Shown: positions 1-12,119, counted from the first letter of the stretch. The stretch: 64,000 nt of DNA from Mobula hypostoma (GCF_963921235.1 NC_086097.1:247692001-247756000), one strand, 5' to 3'. A program made the numbers and translations. Notes: generated by a model not told the origin, from the sequence alone.

Positions 1-2
1 AA

Positions 3-2849
3 TATGTTACCTAAAATAGGAATCGCTAACCCGAATTGATTAAGATCAAAAAATTTTCTGAATTGAAACCAAATACGCAAAGCATATTTAACGATCGGGT
101 TAGAGATCTGCTTAAGGCGTTTCGAATCAAAAGGAAGAGATGAACCTAAAATAGAACCAAGTGTATAACCCTGAACAGATTGTAATTCCAATGCTACCCA
201 TTTAGGAATAGATAGTATATCCCGGTCAAGTAACCAAAATTTCATATGTCGAATATTAATAGCCCAATAATAAAATCTAAAGTTAGGTAATGCTAAACCT
301 CCATCTCTCTTAGCTTTCTGTAAATGTATTTTACCCAGTCTCGGATTCTTATTCTGCCAAATAAATGAAGAAATTTTAGAGTCGACTTTATCAAAAAAAG
401 ATTTAGGAACGAAAATTGGTAATGCCTGAAACACATATAAAAATTTTGGCAAAAAAAACATCTTAACTGCATTAATACGACCAATCAAAGTTAAATATAA
501 GGGAAACCATTTAGATGAAAGTTGAGTAATATGGTCTATTAATGGTAAAAAGTTAGTCTTAAATAAATCTTTATGTTTACAAGTAATTTTAATCCCAAGA
601 TATGAAAGGTAATTATTAATCAATTTAAATGGAAATTTATAATATAAGGGAAGATGTTTATTAATCGGAAAAAGTTCACTCTTACTAAGATTTAATTTAT
701 AACCTGAGAAAAGACCAAATTGTGCTAATAACTCTAAAACAGCAGGAATAGATCTCTCAGGATTAGAAATATATAAAAGTAAATCATCAGCATAGAGTGA
801 TAATTTATGGGACTTTAATCCCCGAGTTATCCCAGTAATATTTGAAGATTCTCGAATAGCAATTGCAAGAGGTTCTAATGCAATATCAAATAATAGGGGA
901 CTAAGAGGACAGCCTTGTCGAGTACCACGAAAGAGAGGAAAAAAAGGTGAATTTAAAGAGTTAGTACGAACCGAGGCTAGAGGGGAGTGATATAACAGTT
1001 TAATCCAGGATATAAATTTCAAGCTAAAATTAAACATTTCAAGCACCTTAAATAAATAAGGCCATTCTACTCTATCAAAAGCTTTCTCGGCATCTAAAGA
1101 AATAACACACTCAGGAACATTTTGTGAGGGAGTATAAACGATATTTAACAATGTACGAATATTATAAAAAGAGTAACGACCTTTAATAAAACCCGTTTGG
1201 TCTTCCGAAATAATAGAAGGAAGTACTTTTTCTAGTCTATTTGCTAATAACTTAGAAAAAACTTTAGAATCAACATTTAATAAAGATATTGGTCTATAAG
1301 ATGCACATTGAGCAGGGTCTTTATCCTTCTTTAGTATTAAAGAAATTGATGCTCTATTAAAAGATTCCGGAAGTTTACCAAGTTTCAAAGAAGCCTCAAA
1401 CACCTTATAGAGCCAAGGAATCAATAAAGAAACAAAACATTTGTAAAATTCAACAGTAAACCCATCAGGGCCAGGAGCTTTCCCCAGATTCATAGAAAAA
1501 ATAACATTCTTAATCTCATCCATTGTAATGGAAGTATCTAATAAAGAAGACATATCCTGTGAAATCTGAGGAAAGTCTAACTTATCTAAAAAATCATTCA
1601 TATATTTAGAATCTCGAGGAGACTCTGATTGATATAAAGAAGAATAAAAATCACAAAAGGTTTGATTAATCCCCACATGATCCAATATCAATCGATCATT
1701 TTGGTTATAAATCTGATTGATTTGAGATTTAACATAATTAGATTTCAATTGATTAGCCAGCAGCTTGCCAATTTTATCACTGTGAACATAAAAATCACTT
1801 CTTGTTTTCTTTAATTGGTTTACAATCGAGGACGAGAGTAGTAAACTGTGTTCCATTTGAAGTTCAGTTCTTTGTTTGTATAGCTCCTCAGAAGGAGCCA
1901 TAACATATTTCTTATCAATTTCTTTAATCTTGTCCACAATTGCCATCTCCTCCTGCTTCTGTTTCTTCCTCAAAGCAACGGAATACGAAATAATCTGACC
2001 CCGAATATAGGCTTTAAAAGTGTCCCAAAGAGTGTTAACCGAAATATCTTCTGTATGGTTAATTGTAAAAAAAAGCTCAATCTGTTCATTCATAAAATTA
2101 ACAAAGTCCGAGTCCTGAAGCAACAGCGAATTAAAACGCCATTGTCTATTGTTCGGTATATTGGCCATAATTTTAATAGAAAGCTTAAGTGGAGCATGAT
2201 CCGAAATGGTTATAGAATCATAATCACATTTAATCACTGAAGGAATGAGACGAGAATCAATAAAAAAATAATCAATTCTTGAATAGGAATGATGAACATG
2301 TGAAAAAAAGGAAAAATCTTTTTCCTGAGGATGCAGAAAACGCCAAATGTCCGTCGACCCAGAATCAGAAAGGAAAAAATTAATCAAATTTGCAGATTTA
2401 TTAGGTAAAGTCCGTAAAGGAGCCGAACGGTCCAAAGCTGGAGATAAACAGGTATTAAGATCTCCGCCCCAAATCAATGAAAACTCGTTCAAATTTGGAA
2501 ACTGATCAAACAATGATTTATAAAATTCCGGACAATCCATATTAGGAGCATAAACATTAACCAAAACTACTTTTTTATTAAATAGTAAACCACTAACCAA
2601 TAAAAATCTACCATTCGGATCAGAGATAATATCCTGTTGTATAAAAGTAACTGAGGAATCTATAAAAATAGAGACGCCTCGAATCTTAGCATTGGAGTTC
2701 GAATGAAATTGTTGTCCCTTCCAGAATTTGAAAAAACGTAGTCTGTCCCCCCTCCGTACATGGGTCTCTTGTAAAAATAAAATTTGTGCTTTAAGTCTCC
2801 GGAACACTTTAAAAACTTTTTTTCTTTTAATAGGATGATTAAGACCCAT
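3..2849 (-). CDS. LINE-1 (L1 clade) ORF2, APE endonuclease + reverse transcriptase; 5'-truncated, open to the window edge
   Basis: Manual translation shows no stop from 2849 to 3. Motifs: GLNHPIKRK, ILFLQETH, LVNVYAPN, WGGDLN, SRIDYFF, SDHAP (EN); KAPGPDGF, RGTRQGCPLSP, LYADD, GGLALPNFRFYYWA (RT and downstream). Confidence 0.93.
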   Translation of the reverse strand, partial: MGLNHPIKRKKVFKVFRRLKAQILFLQETHVRRGDRLRFFKFWKGQQFHSNSNAKIRGVSIFIDSSVTFIQQDIISDPNGRFLLVSGLLFNKKVVLVNVYAPNMDCPEFYKSLFDQFPNLNEFSLIWGGDLNTCLSPALDRSAPLRTLPNKSANLINFFLSDSGSTDIWRFLHPQEKDFSFFSHVHHSYSRIDYFFIDSRLIPSVIKCDYDSITISDHAPLKLSIKIMANIPNNRQWRFNSLLLQDSDFVNFMNEQIELFFTINHTEDISVNTLWDTFKAYIRGQIISYSVALRKKQKQEEMAIVDKIKEIDKKYVMAPSEELYKQRTELQMEHSLLLSSSIVNQLKKTRSDFYVHSDKIGKLLANQLKSNYVKSQINQIYNQNDRLILDHVGINQTFCDFYSSLYQSESPRDSKYMNDFLDKLDFPQISQDMSSLLDTSITMDEIKNVIFSMNLGKAPGPDGFTVEFYKCFVSLLIPWLYKVFEASLKLGKLPESFNRASISLILKKDKDPAQCASYRPISLLNVDSKVFSKLLANRLEKVLPSIISEDQTGFIKGRYSFYNIRTLLNIVYTPSQNVPECVISLDAEKAFDRVEWPYLFKVLEMFNFSLKFISWIKLLYHSPLASVRTNSLNSPFFPLFRGTRQGCPLSPLLFDIALEPLAIAIRESSNITGITRGLKSHKLSLYADDLLLYISNPERSIPAVLELLAQFGLFSGYKLNLSKSELFPINKHLPLYYKFPFKLINNYLSYLGIKITCKHKDLFKTNFLPLIDHITQLSSKWFPLYLTLIGRINAVKMFFLPKFLYVFQALPIFVPKSFFDKVDSKISSFIWQNKNPRLGKIHLQKAKRDGGLALPNFRFYYWAINIRHMKFWLLDRDILSIPKWVALELQSVQGYTLGSILGSSLPFDSKRLKQISNPIVKYALRIWFQFRKFFDLNQFGLAIPILGNI

Positions 2850-3124
2850 CCATCTCTTTCTTGAAAGCATCCAGAGACTTGGTCTCCACAGCCTTCTGGG
2901 GCGGAGCATTCCATATATCCACCACTCCCTGGGTGAAAAAGTTTTTCCTCAACTCTGTTCTAAATGGTCTACCCCTTATTCTTAAACTGTGGCCTCTGGT
3001 TCTGGACTTACCCATCAGCGGGAAAATGCTTCCTGCCTCCAGCGTGTCCAATCCCTTAATAATCTTATATGTTTCAATAAGATCCCCTCTCAGCCTTCTA
3101 AATTCCAGAGTATACAAGCCCAGT
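2848..3124 (-). mobile_element. CR1 LINE 3' fragment (subfamily A), cut by the L1
   Basis: ORF 2839-3117 LEFRRLRGDLIETYKII...RTRGHSLRI...FFTQ; same sequence as the copies at 16.5k, 31.1k and 45.6k. Confidence 0.88.
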
Positions 3125-3984
3125 TTTCTTTGCCTGTTGATACCTTAGATACTTATATATCCTTCCATCGGTTGTACTGTATGCTGCTGCTCTGTTTTGT
3201 ATTCTACTAGGTCTATTGCACATTTCTTTATGTTTAATGTTCTGTTTATAACTTTTGAAAATAGTTCTACTATTTGAATTAATTGCTTTAGCTTTACTGA
3301 TGAAGGAGCATATAATTTCAAATTATCCATGTATAGAAGGTGTGTCAAGGTATAATTCATTTTGATGATTTTGATTTAGTAAATTAGAGAGCGGGTTTAA
3401 AGCTAGACAGAACCATAGTGAATTTAAGAGAATCACCCTGGAAATGCCTCAGTTTATTCTGATGACAGCGGTTTTTGTTTGGTTGTTAATAGATAGGGTG
3501 ATTACAGTACGCCAATGCTTCATCAGATGTCGAAGGAATTTCACGTATTGGGTGTATTAAGAACGTCTATGACACCAGAGTCAAATGCTTTTTGGTGGTG
3601 AATATAACAACATGAAACATTTCGGTTTTTCAGCCAGGCTTGAGTTAGAGTTACGGAATCTATCATCGGTTGTTCTGTACATCCTTTCATCCCCTTACAG
3701 CATGCTTTCTGCTCTTCTGTAAGTATATTGTGCTTATCTAAGTGAGTGGTGATTAGTTGAGAGATACATGATGTTACAATTTTATACAAAGTTTGGAAAC
3801 AAGTAATAGGACAATATTTTGATGGGCCATTTGTGATTTCTCCTCGAAGATAAAGATGTGTTTTACTTTCTGTGAAAAATTCAGGCACTTTTTCAGGACT
3901 TTTAAGAAAATTGTTGATATGCATTAATAGGTACGGATGAAGGCGAGAACATTTTTATACCAATAATTATGAATATCATGAATT
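3125..3984 (-). mobile_element. Decayed R4/Dong-like non-LTR retrotransposon RT region
   Basis: Fragments IHNYWYK, KYCPITCFQTLYKI, EEQKACCKG, QKAFDS, FQGDSL, THLLYMDNLKLYA, with stops and frameshifts. Confidence 0.7.
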
Positions 3985-6900
3985 ATGAATTATGAGGCTA
4001 GGCGTGAGGAGGTTAGTTCACAACAGGGGGATGGGAACCAGTGCAGAGAGACAGAGGGGTGTAAAGTGAGGGTAGAAGCAAAAAGTACTAAGGAAAAGAG
4101 TAAAAGTGGCAGGCCGACAAATCCAGGGCAAGCATTAAAAAGGGCCACTTTTCAACATAATTGTATAAGGGCTAAGAGAGTTGTAAAAGAGCGCCTGAAG
4201 GCTTTATGTGTCAATGCAAGGAGCATTCGTAATAAGGTGGATGAATTGAAAGTGCAGATTGTTATTAATGATTATGATATAGTTGGACTCACAGAGACAT
4301 GGCTCCAGGGTGACCAGGGATAGGAGCTCAACGTTCAGGGATATTCAAAATTCAGGAGGGATAGACATGAAGGAAGGGGAGGTGGGGTGGCGTTGCTGGT
4401 TAAAGAAGAGATTAACGCAATAGAAAGGAAGGACATAAGCCAGGAAGATGTGGAATCGATATGGGTAGAGCTGCGTAACACTAAGGGGCCTAAGGGGCAG
4501 AAGACGCTGGTGGGAGTTGTGTACAGGCCACCTAACAGTAGCAGTGAGGTCAGAGATGGTATTAAAAAGGAAATTAGAAATGTGTGCAATAAAGGAACAG
4601 CAGTTATAATGGGTGACTTCAATCTACATGTAGATTGGGTGAACCAAATTGGTAAAGGTGCTGAGGAAGAGGATTTCTTGGAATGTATGCGGGATGGTTT
4701 TTTGAACCAACATGTCGAGGAACCAACTAGAGAGCAGGCTATTCTGGACTGGGTTTTGAGCAATGAGGAAGGGTTAATTAGCGATCTTGTCGTGAGAGGC
4801 CCCTTGGGTAAGAGTGACCATAATATGGTGGAATTCTTCATTAAGATGGAGAGTGACATAGTTAATTCAGAAACAAAGGTTCTGAACTTAAAGAGGGGTA
4901 ACTTTGAAGGTATGAGACGTGAATTAGCTAAGATAGACTGGCAAATGACACTTAAAGGATTGACGGTGGATATGCAATGGCGAGCATTTAAAGGTTGCAT
5001 GGATGAACTACAACAATTGTTCATCCCAGTTTGGCAAAAGAATAAATCAAGGAAGGTAGTGCACCCGTGGCTGACAAGAGAAATTAGGGATAGTATCAAT
5101 TCCAAAGAAGAAGCATACAAATTAGCCAGAGAAAGTGGCTCACCTGAGGACTGGGAGAAATTCAGAGTTCAGCAGAGGAGGACAAAGGGCTTAATTAGGA
5201 AGGGGAAAAAAGATTATGAGAGAAACCTGGCAGGGAACATAAAAACGGACTGTAAAAGCTTTTATAGATATGTAAAAAGGAAAAGACTGGTAAAGACAAA
5301 TGTAGGTCCCCTGCAGACAGAAACAGGTGAATTGATTATGGGGAGCAAGGACATGGCAGACCAATTGAATAATTACTTTGGTTCTGTCTTCACTAAGGAG
5401 GACATAAATAATCTTCCAGAAATAGTAGGGGACAGAGGGTCCAGTGAGATACAGGAACTGAGCGAAATACATGTTAGTAGGGAAGTGGTGTTAGGTAAAT
5501 TGAAGGGATTGAAGGCAGATAAATCCCCAGGGCCAGATGGTCTGCATCCTAGAGTGATTACGGAAGTAGCCCAAGAAATAGTGGATGCATTAGTGATAAT
5601 TTTTCAAAACTCATTAGATTCTGGACTAGTTCCTGAGGATTGGAGGGTGGCTAATGTAACTCCACTTTTTAAAAAAGGAGGGAGAGAGAAACCGGGGAAT
5701 TATAGACCGGTTAGCCTAACGTCGGTGGTGGGGAAACTGCTGGAGTCAGTTATCAAGGATGTGATAACAGCACATTTGGAAAGCGGTGAAATGATCGGAC
5801 AAAGTCAGCATGGATTTGTGAAAGGAAAATCATGTCTGACGAATCTCATAGAATTTTTTGAGGATGTCACTAGTAGAGTGGATAGGGGAGAACCAGTGGA
5901 TGTGGTATATTTGGATTTTCAAAAGGCTTTTGACAAGGTCCCACACAGGAGATTAGTGTGCAAACTTAAAGCACACGGTATTGGGGGTAAGGTATTGGTG
6001 TGGGTGGAGAATTGGTTAGCAGACAGGAAGCAAAGAGTGGGAATAAACGGGACCTTTTCAGAATGGCAGGCGGTGACTAGTGGGGTACTGCAAGGCTCAG
6101 TGCTGGGACCTCAGTTGTTTACAATATATATTAATGACTTGGATGAGGGAATTAAATGCAGCATCTCCAAGTTTGCGGATGACATGAAGCTGGGTGGCAG
6201 TGTTAGCTGTGAGGAGGATGCTAAGAGGATGCAGGGTGACTTGGATAGGTTGGGTGAGTGGGCAAATTCATGGCAGATGCAATTTAATGTGGATAAATGT
6301 GAAGTTATCCACTTTGGTGGCAAAAATAGGAAAACAGATTATTATCTGAATGGTGGCCGATTAGGAAAAGGGGAGGTGCAACGAGACCTGGGTGTCATTA
6401 TACACCAGTCATTGAAAGTGGGCATGCAGGTACAGCAGGCGGTGAAAAAGGCGAATGGTATGCTGGCATTTATAGCGAGAGGATTCGAGTACAGCAGCAG
6501 GGAGGTACTACTGCAGTTGTACAAGGCCTTGGTGAGACAACACTTGGAGTATTGTGTGCAGTTTTGGTCCCCTAATCTGAGGAAAGACATCCTTGCCATA
6601 GAGGGAGTACAAAGAAGGTTCACCAGATTGATTCCTGGGATGGCAGGACTTTCATATGAAGAAAGACTGGATGAACTGGGCTTGTACTCGTTTGAATTTA
6701 GAAGATTGAGGGGGCATCTGATTGAAACATATAAGATCCTAAAGGGATTGGACAGGCTAGATGCAGGAAGATTGTTCCCGATGTTGGGGAAGTCCAGAAC
6801 GAGGGGCCACAGTTTGAGGATAGAGGGGAAGCCTTTTTGGACCGAGATTAGGAAAAACTTCTTCACACAGAGAGTGGTGAATCTGTGGAATTCTCTGCCA

Positions 6901-7011
6901 CAGGAAACAGTTGAGGCCAGTTCATTGGCTATATTTAAGAGGGAGTTAGATATGGCCCTTGTGGCTACGGGGGTCAGGGGGTATGGACGGAAGGCTGAGG
7001 CGGGGTTCTGA
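3985..7011 (+). pseudogene. CR1 ORF2 (EN+RT) interrupted by a single TAG at 4321-4323
   Basis: ORFs 3985-4323 and 4387-7011 are in the same frame; QGDQG*ELNVQGY indicates TGG>TAG. Confidence 0.9.
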
Positions 7012-7108
7012 GTTGGAGGATCAGCCATGATCATAATAAATGGCGGTGCAGGCTCGAAGGGCCGAATGGCCTACTCCTGCACCTATTTTCTATGTTTCTA
7101 TGTTTCTG
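3985..7108 (+). mobile_element. Young 5'-truncated CR1 LINE with near-complete ORF2 and (TATGTTTC)n tail
   Basis: EN motifs (NARSIRNK, GVVYRPP, MGDFN, SDHN), RT motifs (KSPGPDG, YRPVSLTS, DFQKAFD, KFADD) and a microsatellite tail at 7089-7108. Confidence 0.95.
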
Positions 7109-7370
7109 TGAATTCTGAGCTAGGATTGGTGACATTTTGGTGCGTTTAATTCAGTTTCAATGCCCTGTATAAACCTGTTTTGTTGTTTCTGAAGTGATAA
7201 GGCCGTTTCTTTGTCTGGTGCATTTCATGTATCTATTTAGTCTGGCTTTGTATGTACCGAGCTTTTGATTTAATGTATCTATAGCTTCAATAATGCTTTT
7301 GTTAGGTTGATCACATCTTGTATGGACCTTATATTTCCTTAGCATTTCTATTAATTTTCTTGTTCGGGTT
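7109..7370 (-). mobile_element. Upstream part of the R4-like element, separated by the CR1 insertion
   Basis: ORF 7157-7345 KARLNRYMKCTRQRNGL resembles the pre-RT region of R4-type elements; same strand and AT-rich composition as 3125-3984. Confidence 0.5.
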
Positions 7371-7869
7371 AATAATAATTATTATTATTTGTTGTTTATG
7401 CATTTGCACAGTTATCTTCTTTTGCACATTGGTTGTTTGTCAGTCTTTGCAAATGGTTTTTCATTGATTCTATTATATTTCATTCTTCTACTCTGAATAC
7501 CCACAAGAAAATGAACTTCAGGTTAGTATTTGGTGACATATAAATACTTAGATAATAAATTTATTTTGAAATTTGATTTCACATAACTAAAGTTTTCCAA
7601 AGCACGTAATATCCAAGTGAATCTCCTCTGGTCTCACTCCAGGTCAAACACATCCCCGCCTAATGTGGCCAGCAGAACCGCACATAATACTCCAAGTTCA
7701 GTCTAACAATTGCTCTGTAAAACTGTAACATTATCTCCAAACTTTTATTTTCCATGCCCCAACCTATGAAGACAAGCATATCTCCCCAGATATCTGCAAT
7801 CACTTGGTCTGGATGTAAATGCCCAATCTCAGCCACACTCCCAGAAAGTCAGCATTTCTAACTCCTAGA

Positions 7870-8620
7870 GTCACAGAATTACAGAGAGGTACAGCACAGA
7901 AACAGGCTCTTCGGCCCATCTAGTCCATGCTGAACTATTTAAACTGCCTACTCCCATCTGCCTACCTGCACCAGGACCATAGCCCTCCATACTCCTACCA
8001 TCCATGTACCTATTCAACCTTCTCTTAAATGTTGAAATTGAGCTTGCATGCACCACTTGCACTGGCAGCTTGTTTCACACCCTCTCGAACCTCTGAGTGA
8101 AGAATTTTCCCATCATGTTCCCCTTTAACTTTTCACCTTTCACTCTTAACCCATGAGCTCTAGTTGTAGTCACACCCAACCTCAGTGGAAACAGCCTGCT
8201 TGCATTCACCCTTTCTATACCCCACATAATTTTGTATACCTCTATCAAATCTCCTCTCAGTCTTCTACATTCCAAGGAATAAAGTCCTAACCTACTCAAT
8301 CTGTTTTGCAGTCCAATCCCAGCAGCATCCTTGTAGATTTTCTCTATACTCTGTACATTATTTACATCTTTCCTGTAGTAGGAGAACAAAACTGCACACA
8401 ATACTCCAAATTAGGCCTCATTAGGTCTTATGCAACTTCAACATGATATCCCATTTCATGTACTTTGATTTCTGAAGGCCAATGTGCCAAAAGCTTTCTT
8501 TGTGAACCTCTCTACCTGTGCCACCACTTTCAATGAATTATGGATCTGCACTCCCAGATCCCTTTGTTCTTCCGCACTCCTCAGTGCCCTACCGCTCACT
8601 GGGTAAGACCTACCCTGGTT
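7870..8620 (-). mobile_element. Older CR1 3' fragment
   Basis: LGLYSLECRRLRGDLIEVYKIM...TRAHGLRVKG...FFTQR. Confidence 0.85.
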
Positions 8621-8649
8621 GCTTGCCCGAAGTGAAAAGAGCAGACTCT

Positions 8650-9040
8650 GTTAAAGCCAGTCTTTTCTCGGTAGCCCAGGCGACAGGTGTATGTATCGGG
8701 CCAGAGCTGTACGGAAGTCAGGAGAAAGGATAAAAGGAGCAGATATGGGCAAGGCTGACCTTTTTGGATCGCAGAGGTGCAGAAAGTGTCAGCGTCAGAG
8801 GCCTAACGTCAGCTTCAAATTAAAGGAGGGAAGGCTCAAGCAGAGCGGCCATTGTAAGAGTTTGCCAGTGATAAAGTGCGGAAGCTTTGGCTTAACAGGC
8901 TTTGGCGTGAACAGGCGTAGGCACAGTTAAGAAGAGGCAAGCCTTTTTCTTTGTTGGTATAGAGTAATCAGGATGGAATGCTCCACTACTCAGATGTGGG
9001 AATTTATGATACCTGACAGTTTCCCTGATGACTACTGCGG
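8650..9040 (+). mobile_element. Probable CR1 5' UTR and ORF1 N-terminus remnant
   Basis: 8973-9038 reads MECSTTQMWEF...FPDDY(Y)C, resembling the CR1 ORF1 zinc-finger start. Confidence 0.45.
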
Positions 9041-9265
9041 CTGTCTTTAAGGAGCTTGTACGTTTGCCCCGTGACTGGATGGGCTTCCTCCGGATGCTCC
9101 AGTTTCCACCCACAGTCCAAAGATGTACCAATTGATAGGTTAATTGGCCGTTCTAAATTGCTCCATAATTAGGCTAGGGTTAGATCAGGTGTTGCTGGGC
9201 GTCGCAGTTTAAAGGGCCAGATAGGCCCGTTCCACACTGTAACTTTATAAAATTAAAAATAAAAA
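9040..9265 (+). mobile_element. V-SINE (HE1-like) fragment
   Basis: V-domain-like GGGCTTCCTCCGGATGCTCCAGTTTCCACCCACAGTCCAAAGA, followed by a CR1-like tail and A-rich end. Confidence 0.75.
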
Positions 9266-9404
9266 CAAAATTTAAAAAATTTGAGCATCCAGATGAGGTA
9301 ATTAAATAACTATCTGCAGCCACAGTCAGGACCCAGTGACATAACACTTGACATTCCCCTTCTTGGCCACCTATGCCAACCAATGCTTCATTTATCTTCT
9401 GGTT

Positions 9405-10500
9405 AATTAGATTAAATTAGATTATGAGGACACTCAGTCCTCGTTTATTGTCATTTAGAAATGCATGCATGCATTAAGAAATGATACAATGTTTCTCCAG
9501 AGTGATATCACAAAAAAAACAGGACAAACCAAACACTAACACTGACAAGACCACATAATTATAACATATAGTTACAGCAGTGAAAAGCAATACATAATTT
9601 GATAAAATTACGTGCACTGAGAGCGGTTAGCAGCATGAAGGAGTGGGGTGCTTACTGATCTGGCTAACAACGGATGGTGCAGTCCGAGGTATATTACGAT
9701 CGAGGAACGTGTTTGCAGACTGGATATTGAACTTTTTACTGTCGGACTTCGGCCATATTCCATCGTGATACAACACTTGGCGGCACGGGAGGTTGTTCCT
9801 GCCTGTGGCATCGAACGTGCAGCTCCTCCCGTGGAGGGTGAGACACCCTGAGCCAATAGACTGGTCCTGGACTTATTTTCCAACTGGCATAGTTTTGCAT
9901 TTTGTTGTTTGATTGTTGGGGTTTTTTGTATTGCTATATTTACGCTATTTATTTGCTATATTGCTCTATTCTTGGTTGGTGCGGCTGTAATGAAACCAAA
10001 TTTCCCTCGGGATTAATGAAGTATACCTATCTATCTATCTATCTAAAGAGCAGACTATGGGCACGGTAAAAAAAAAGTCTCAAAGTTCCGATTGACTCCC
10101 GATAGTAGGCGGCCGAAGGAAGAAAGAAACTCTCTCTGCCATATATCTCCAGGCACCGACAACTGCCGATGCATTGGAAGCACCCAACCACAGCCGACGG
10201 AGTCCGCCCAAAAACTTCGAGCCTCCGACCAGCCCTTCGACACCGAGCACCATCTCTGCCGAGCGCTTCGACCCCGTCCCCGCCACCGAGCAACAAGCAA
10301 AGCCGAGGATTCGGGGCCTTCCCCTCCGGAGATTCCGGATCACACAGTAACAGCGGCAGCGAAAAAGGCATTTCCGAAGTTTCTCCAGATGTTCCTCTGC
10401 TCTCCCACGTCTGTCGCCATCAAATCAGGATTGTGCACGGCACCCTACTTGACAGATAACAGATATCATTCACCGGAGTGGCCACGCAAGCCTGAGACCG
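9405..10500 (-). mobile_element. Non-coding non-autonomous retroposon (family X), split by a nested insertion at 9608-10045
   Basis: Reverse complement aligns by eye with 23340-24035; (AATCT)n-like tail. Confidence 0.75.
9608..10045 (+). mobile_element. Internally deleted Rex1/Babar-like element (EN fragment joined to a 3' UTR, (CTAT)n tail)
   Basis: NNGWC...DIELFTVGLRPY EN-like peptide; ends AATTTCCCTCGGGATTAATGAAGTA-(CTAT)n. Confidence 0.6.
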
Positions 10501-10544
10501 CCTCCTAATTTCCTGAGACCTTGAGAGTGCAGATCTTCCTTTCT

Positions 10545-10900
10545 ACAGCCAACTATCAGGACTGCAGAAAAGGTGATTGGCTGCGGACTACCATCACTGG
10601 AGAACTTATATATGTCCAAGAAAAAGAAGTGGGCAGGAAAAACCATTGCGGGCACTACCCACCCAGCAAACTGCCTTTTCCAAAAGCTCCCTTCTGACTA
10701 CTAAAACGAAAAATTCATGCCATCATAAAACTTTCTTCCCCTAGGTAGTTAGTCTAATCAACCCTTGTAGTTAGCTCCCTCACCGCTCCTCTATCTATTA
10801 CTCCTGTCACTGCACTGTAAACACTTCAAACAACTTTTTATACTGTTTACGTTGTAAATATATGTTGGTAGTTATGTATTTGAGCACATTTTATTCAATA
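10545..10900 (+). mobile_element. Rex1/Babar 3' fragment
   Basis: RTAEKVIGCGLPSLENLY...HPANCLFQKLPS. Confidence 0.7.
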
Positions 10901-11434
10901 TCCATACCAACCCCTAACCTTTTTATATGGAGTCATACAAAAATACAGAACAGAAACAGACCCTTTGGTCCATCTAGTCTGTGCCAAAACATTTAAATTG
11001 TCTAATCCCATCGACCTGCACACGGACCATAACCCTCCATACCTCTGCCATCAATGTACGTATCTAAACTTCTCTTAAACTTTGAAAGCGGGCATGTATG
11101 CACCACTGCCAGTGCAAGTAGTGCATGAGAGCTATAATTCTTTGTTCTTTATAATTGTTGAATGCTGTTGTTTTTGTTGCAGGGTGTGCCCTGACTGTGA
11201 CGAAGGCCCGTCACTAACTACAGACGGCACTGGCGCACTCGGTAAAACACTCATTCCCAGCAGTAACAGTGACTGGGTCTGAACCAGAGCTGCTGAACGG
11301 AGCTGTCTCATATCGAGGCAGCAGCAACCTGCACAGGTGTGCTTATGGTGGAGGATACCATCTTTAATTGGATAATTGAGTTAATTAGCTTTTGGTTGGT
11401 CTAGGGGGAGGGGCTTAGCAGTTATAAGCCTCAG

Positions 11435-12054
11435 GTAGACTGTGTGGACTAGGTTAAGGCTGGGACACTGTGCATTAAACAAAACATTGAAAATGATAGG
11501 GAAACACCAGACAGGATTGTGTGAGGAATGTCAGGAAGGGGAGTCAGTAGAACATGTAGTTCTGAGTTGCAGGAAGTATGGGATACAGAGAGAGATGATG
11601 AGAATTAAACTAAGGGAGTTGGGGATGCAGGAATTCACATTAAAAGGGTTGCTGGGCATGGGTGAGAGAGCACAAGTCCGGGTATTTTTAGCGTTTTTAA
11701 GGGGTACAGGGGTGTTTTATAGAATATGACGAATAAACAGGAATAGGATACTAGGATGGTCAAAGATGGGAGGGTGAAGTGTAGGTTTGTGTGTGTGTGT
11801 GTGATTGGGTGAAGGGATTTAGAATGTATGTCTAGTGCACATTCTGGAGCAGAGTGTGGCGGTAATGCACCATTAAGCTGGATGCCAGCCGCTGTAAAAC
11901 AAGATACAGACAGACAGACAGACAGGCTTTGGGGTTGGATTTAGAATGTATGTTTAGTGCACATTCTGGAGCAGAGGGTGGTGGTAATGCACCATTAAGC
12001 TGGATGCCAACTGCTGTAAAACAAGATACAGATAGACAGACAGGCTTTGGGGTT
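11435..12054 (+). mobile_element. Nimb/I-group LINE 3' end with C-terminal CCHC zinc finger; 3' terminus tandemly duplicated
   Basis: ORF 11442-11729 RLRLGH...CEEC...ESVEHVVLSC; 3' UTR motif GGCGGTAATGCACC; (CAGA)n tail. Confidence 0.8.
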
Positions 12055-12119
12055 AGTTTTCTTTGGTGTTTAGTCTGAGGGTGACTATATATATATATAT
12101 ATATATATTTTGCAAACAC

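Noticed and set aside
4335..7034. Long antisense ORFs (261 aa and 230 aa), and similar ones opposite other CR1 copies
   Set aside because: They are shadow frames of CR1 ORF2 that recur in every copy and contain no recognisable domain.
10039..10508. Cluster of overlapping GC-rich ORFs (also 23491-23809)
   Set aside because: They lie in the GC-rich family X repeat, and the frames are not preserved between the two copies.
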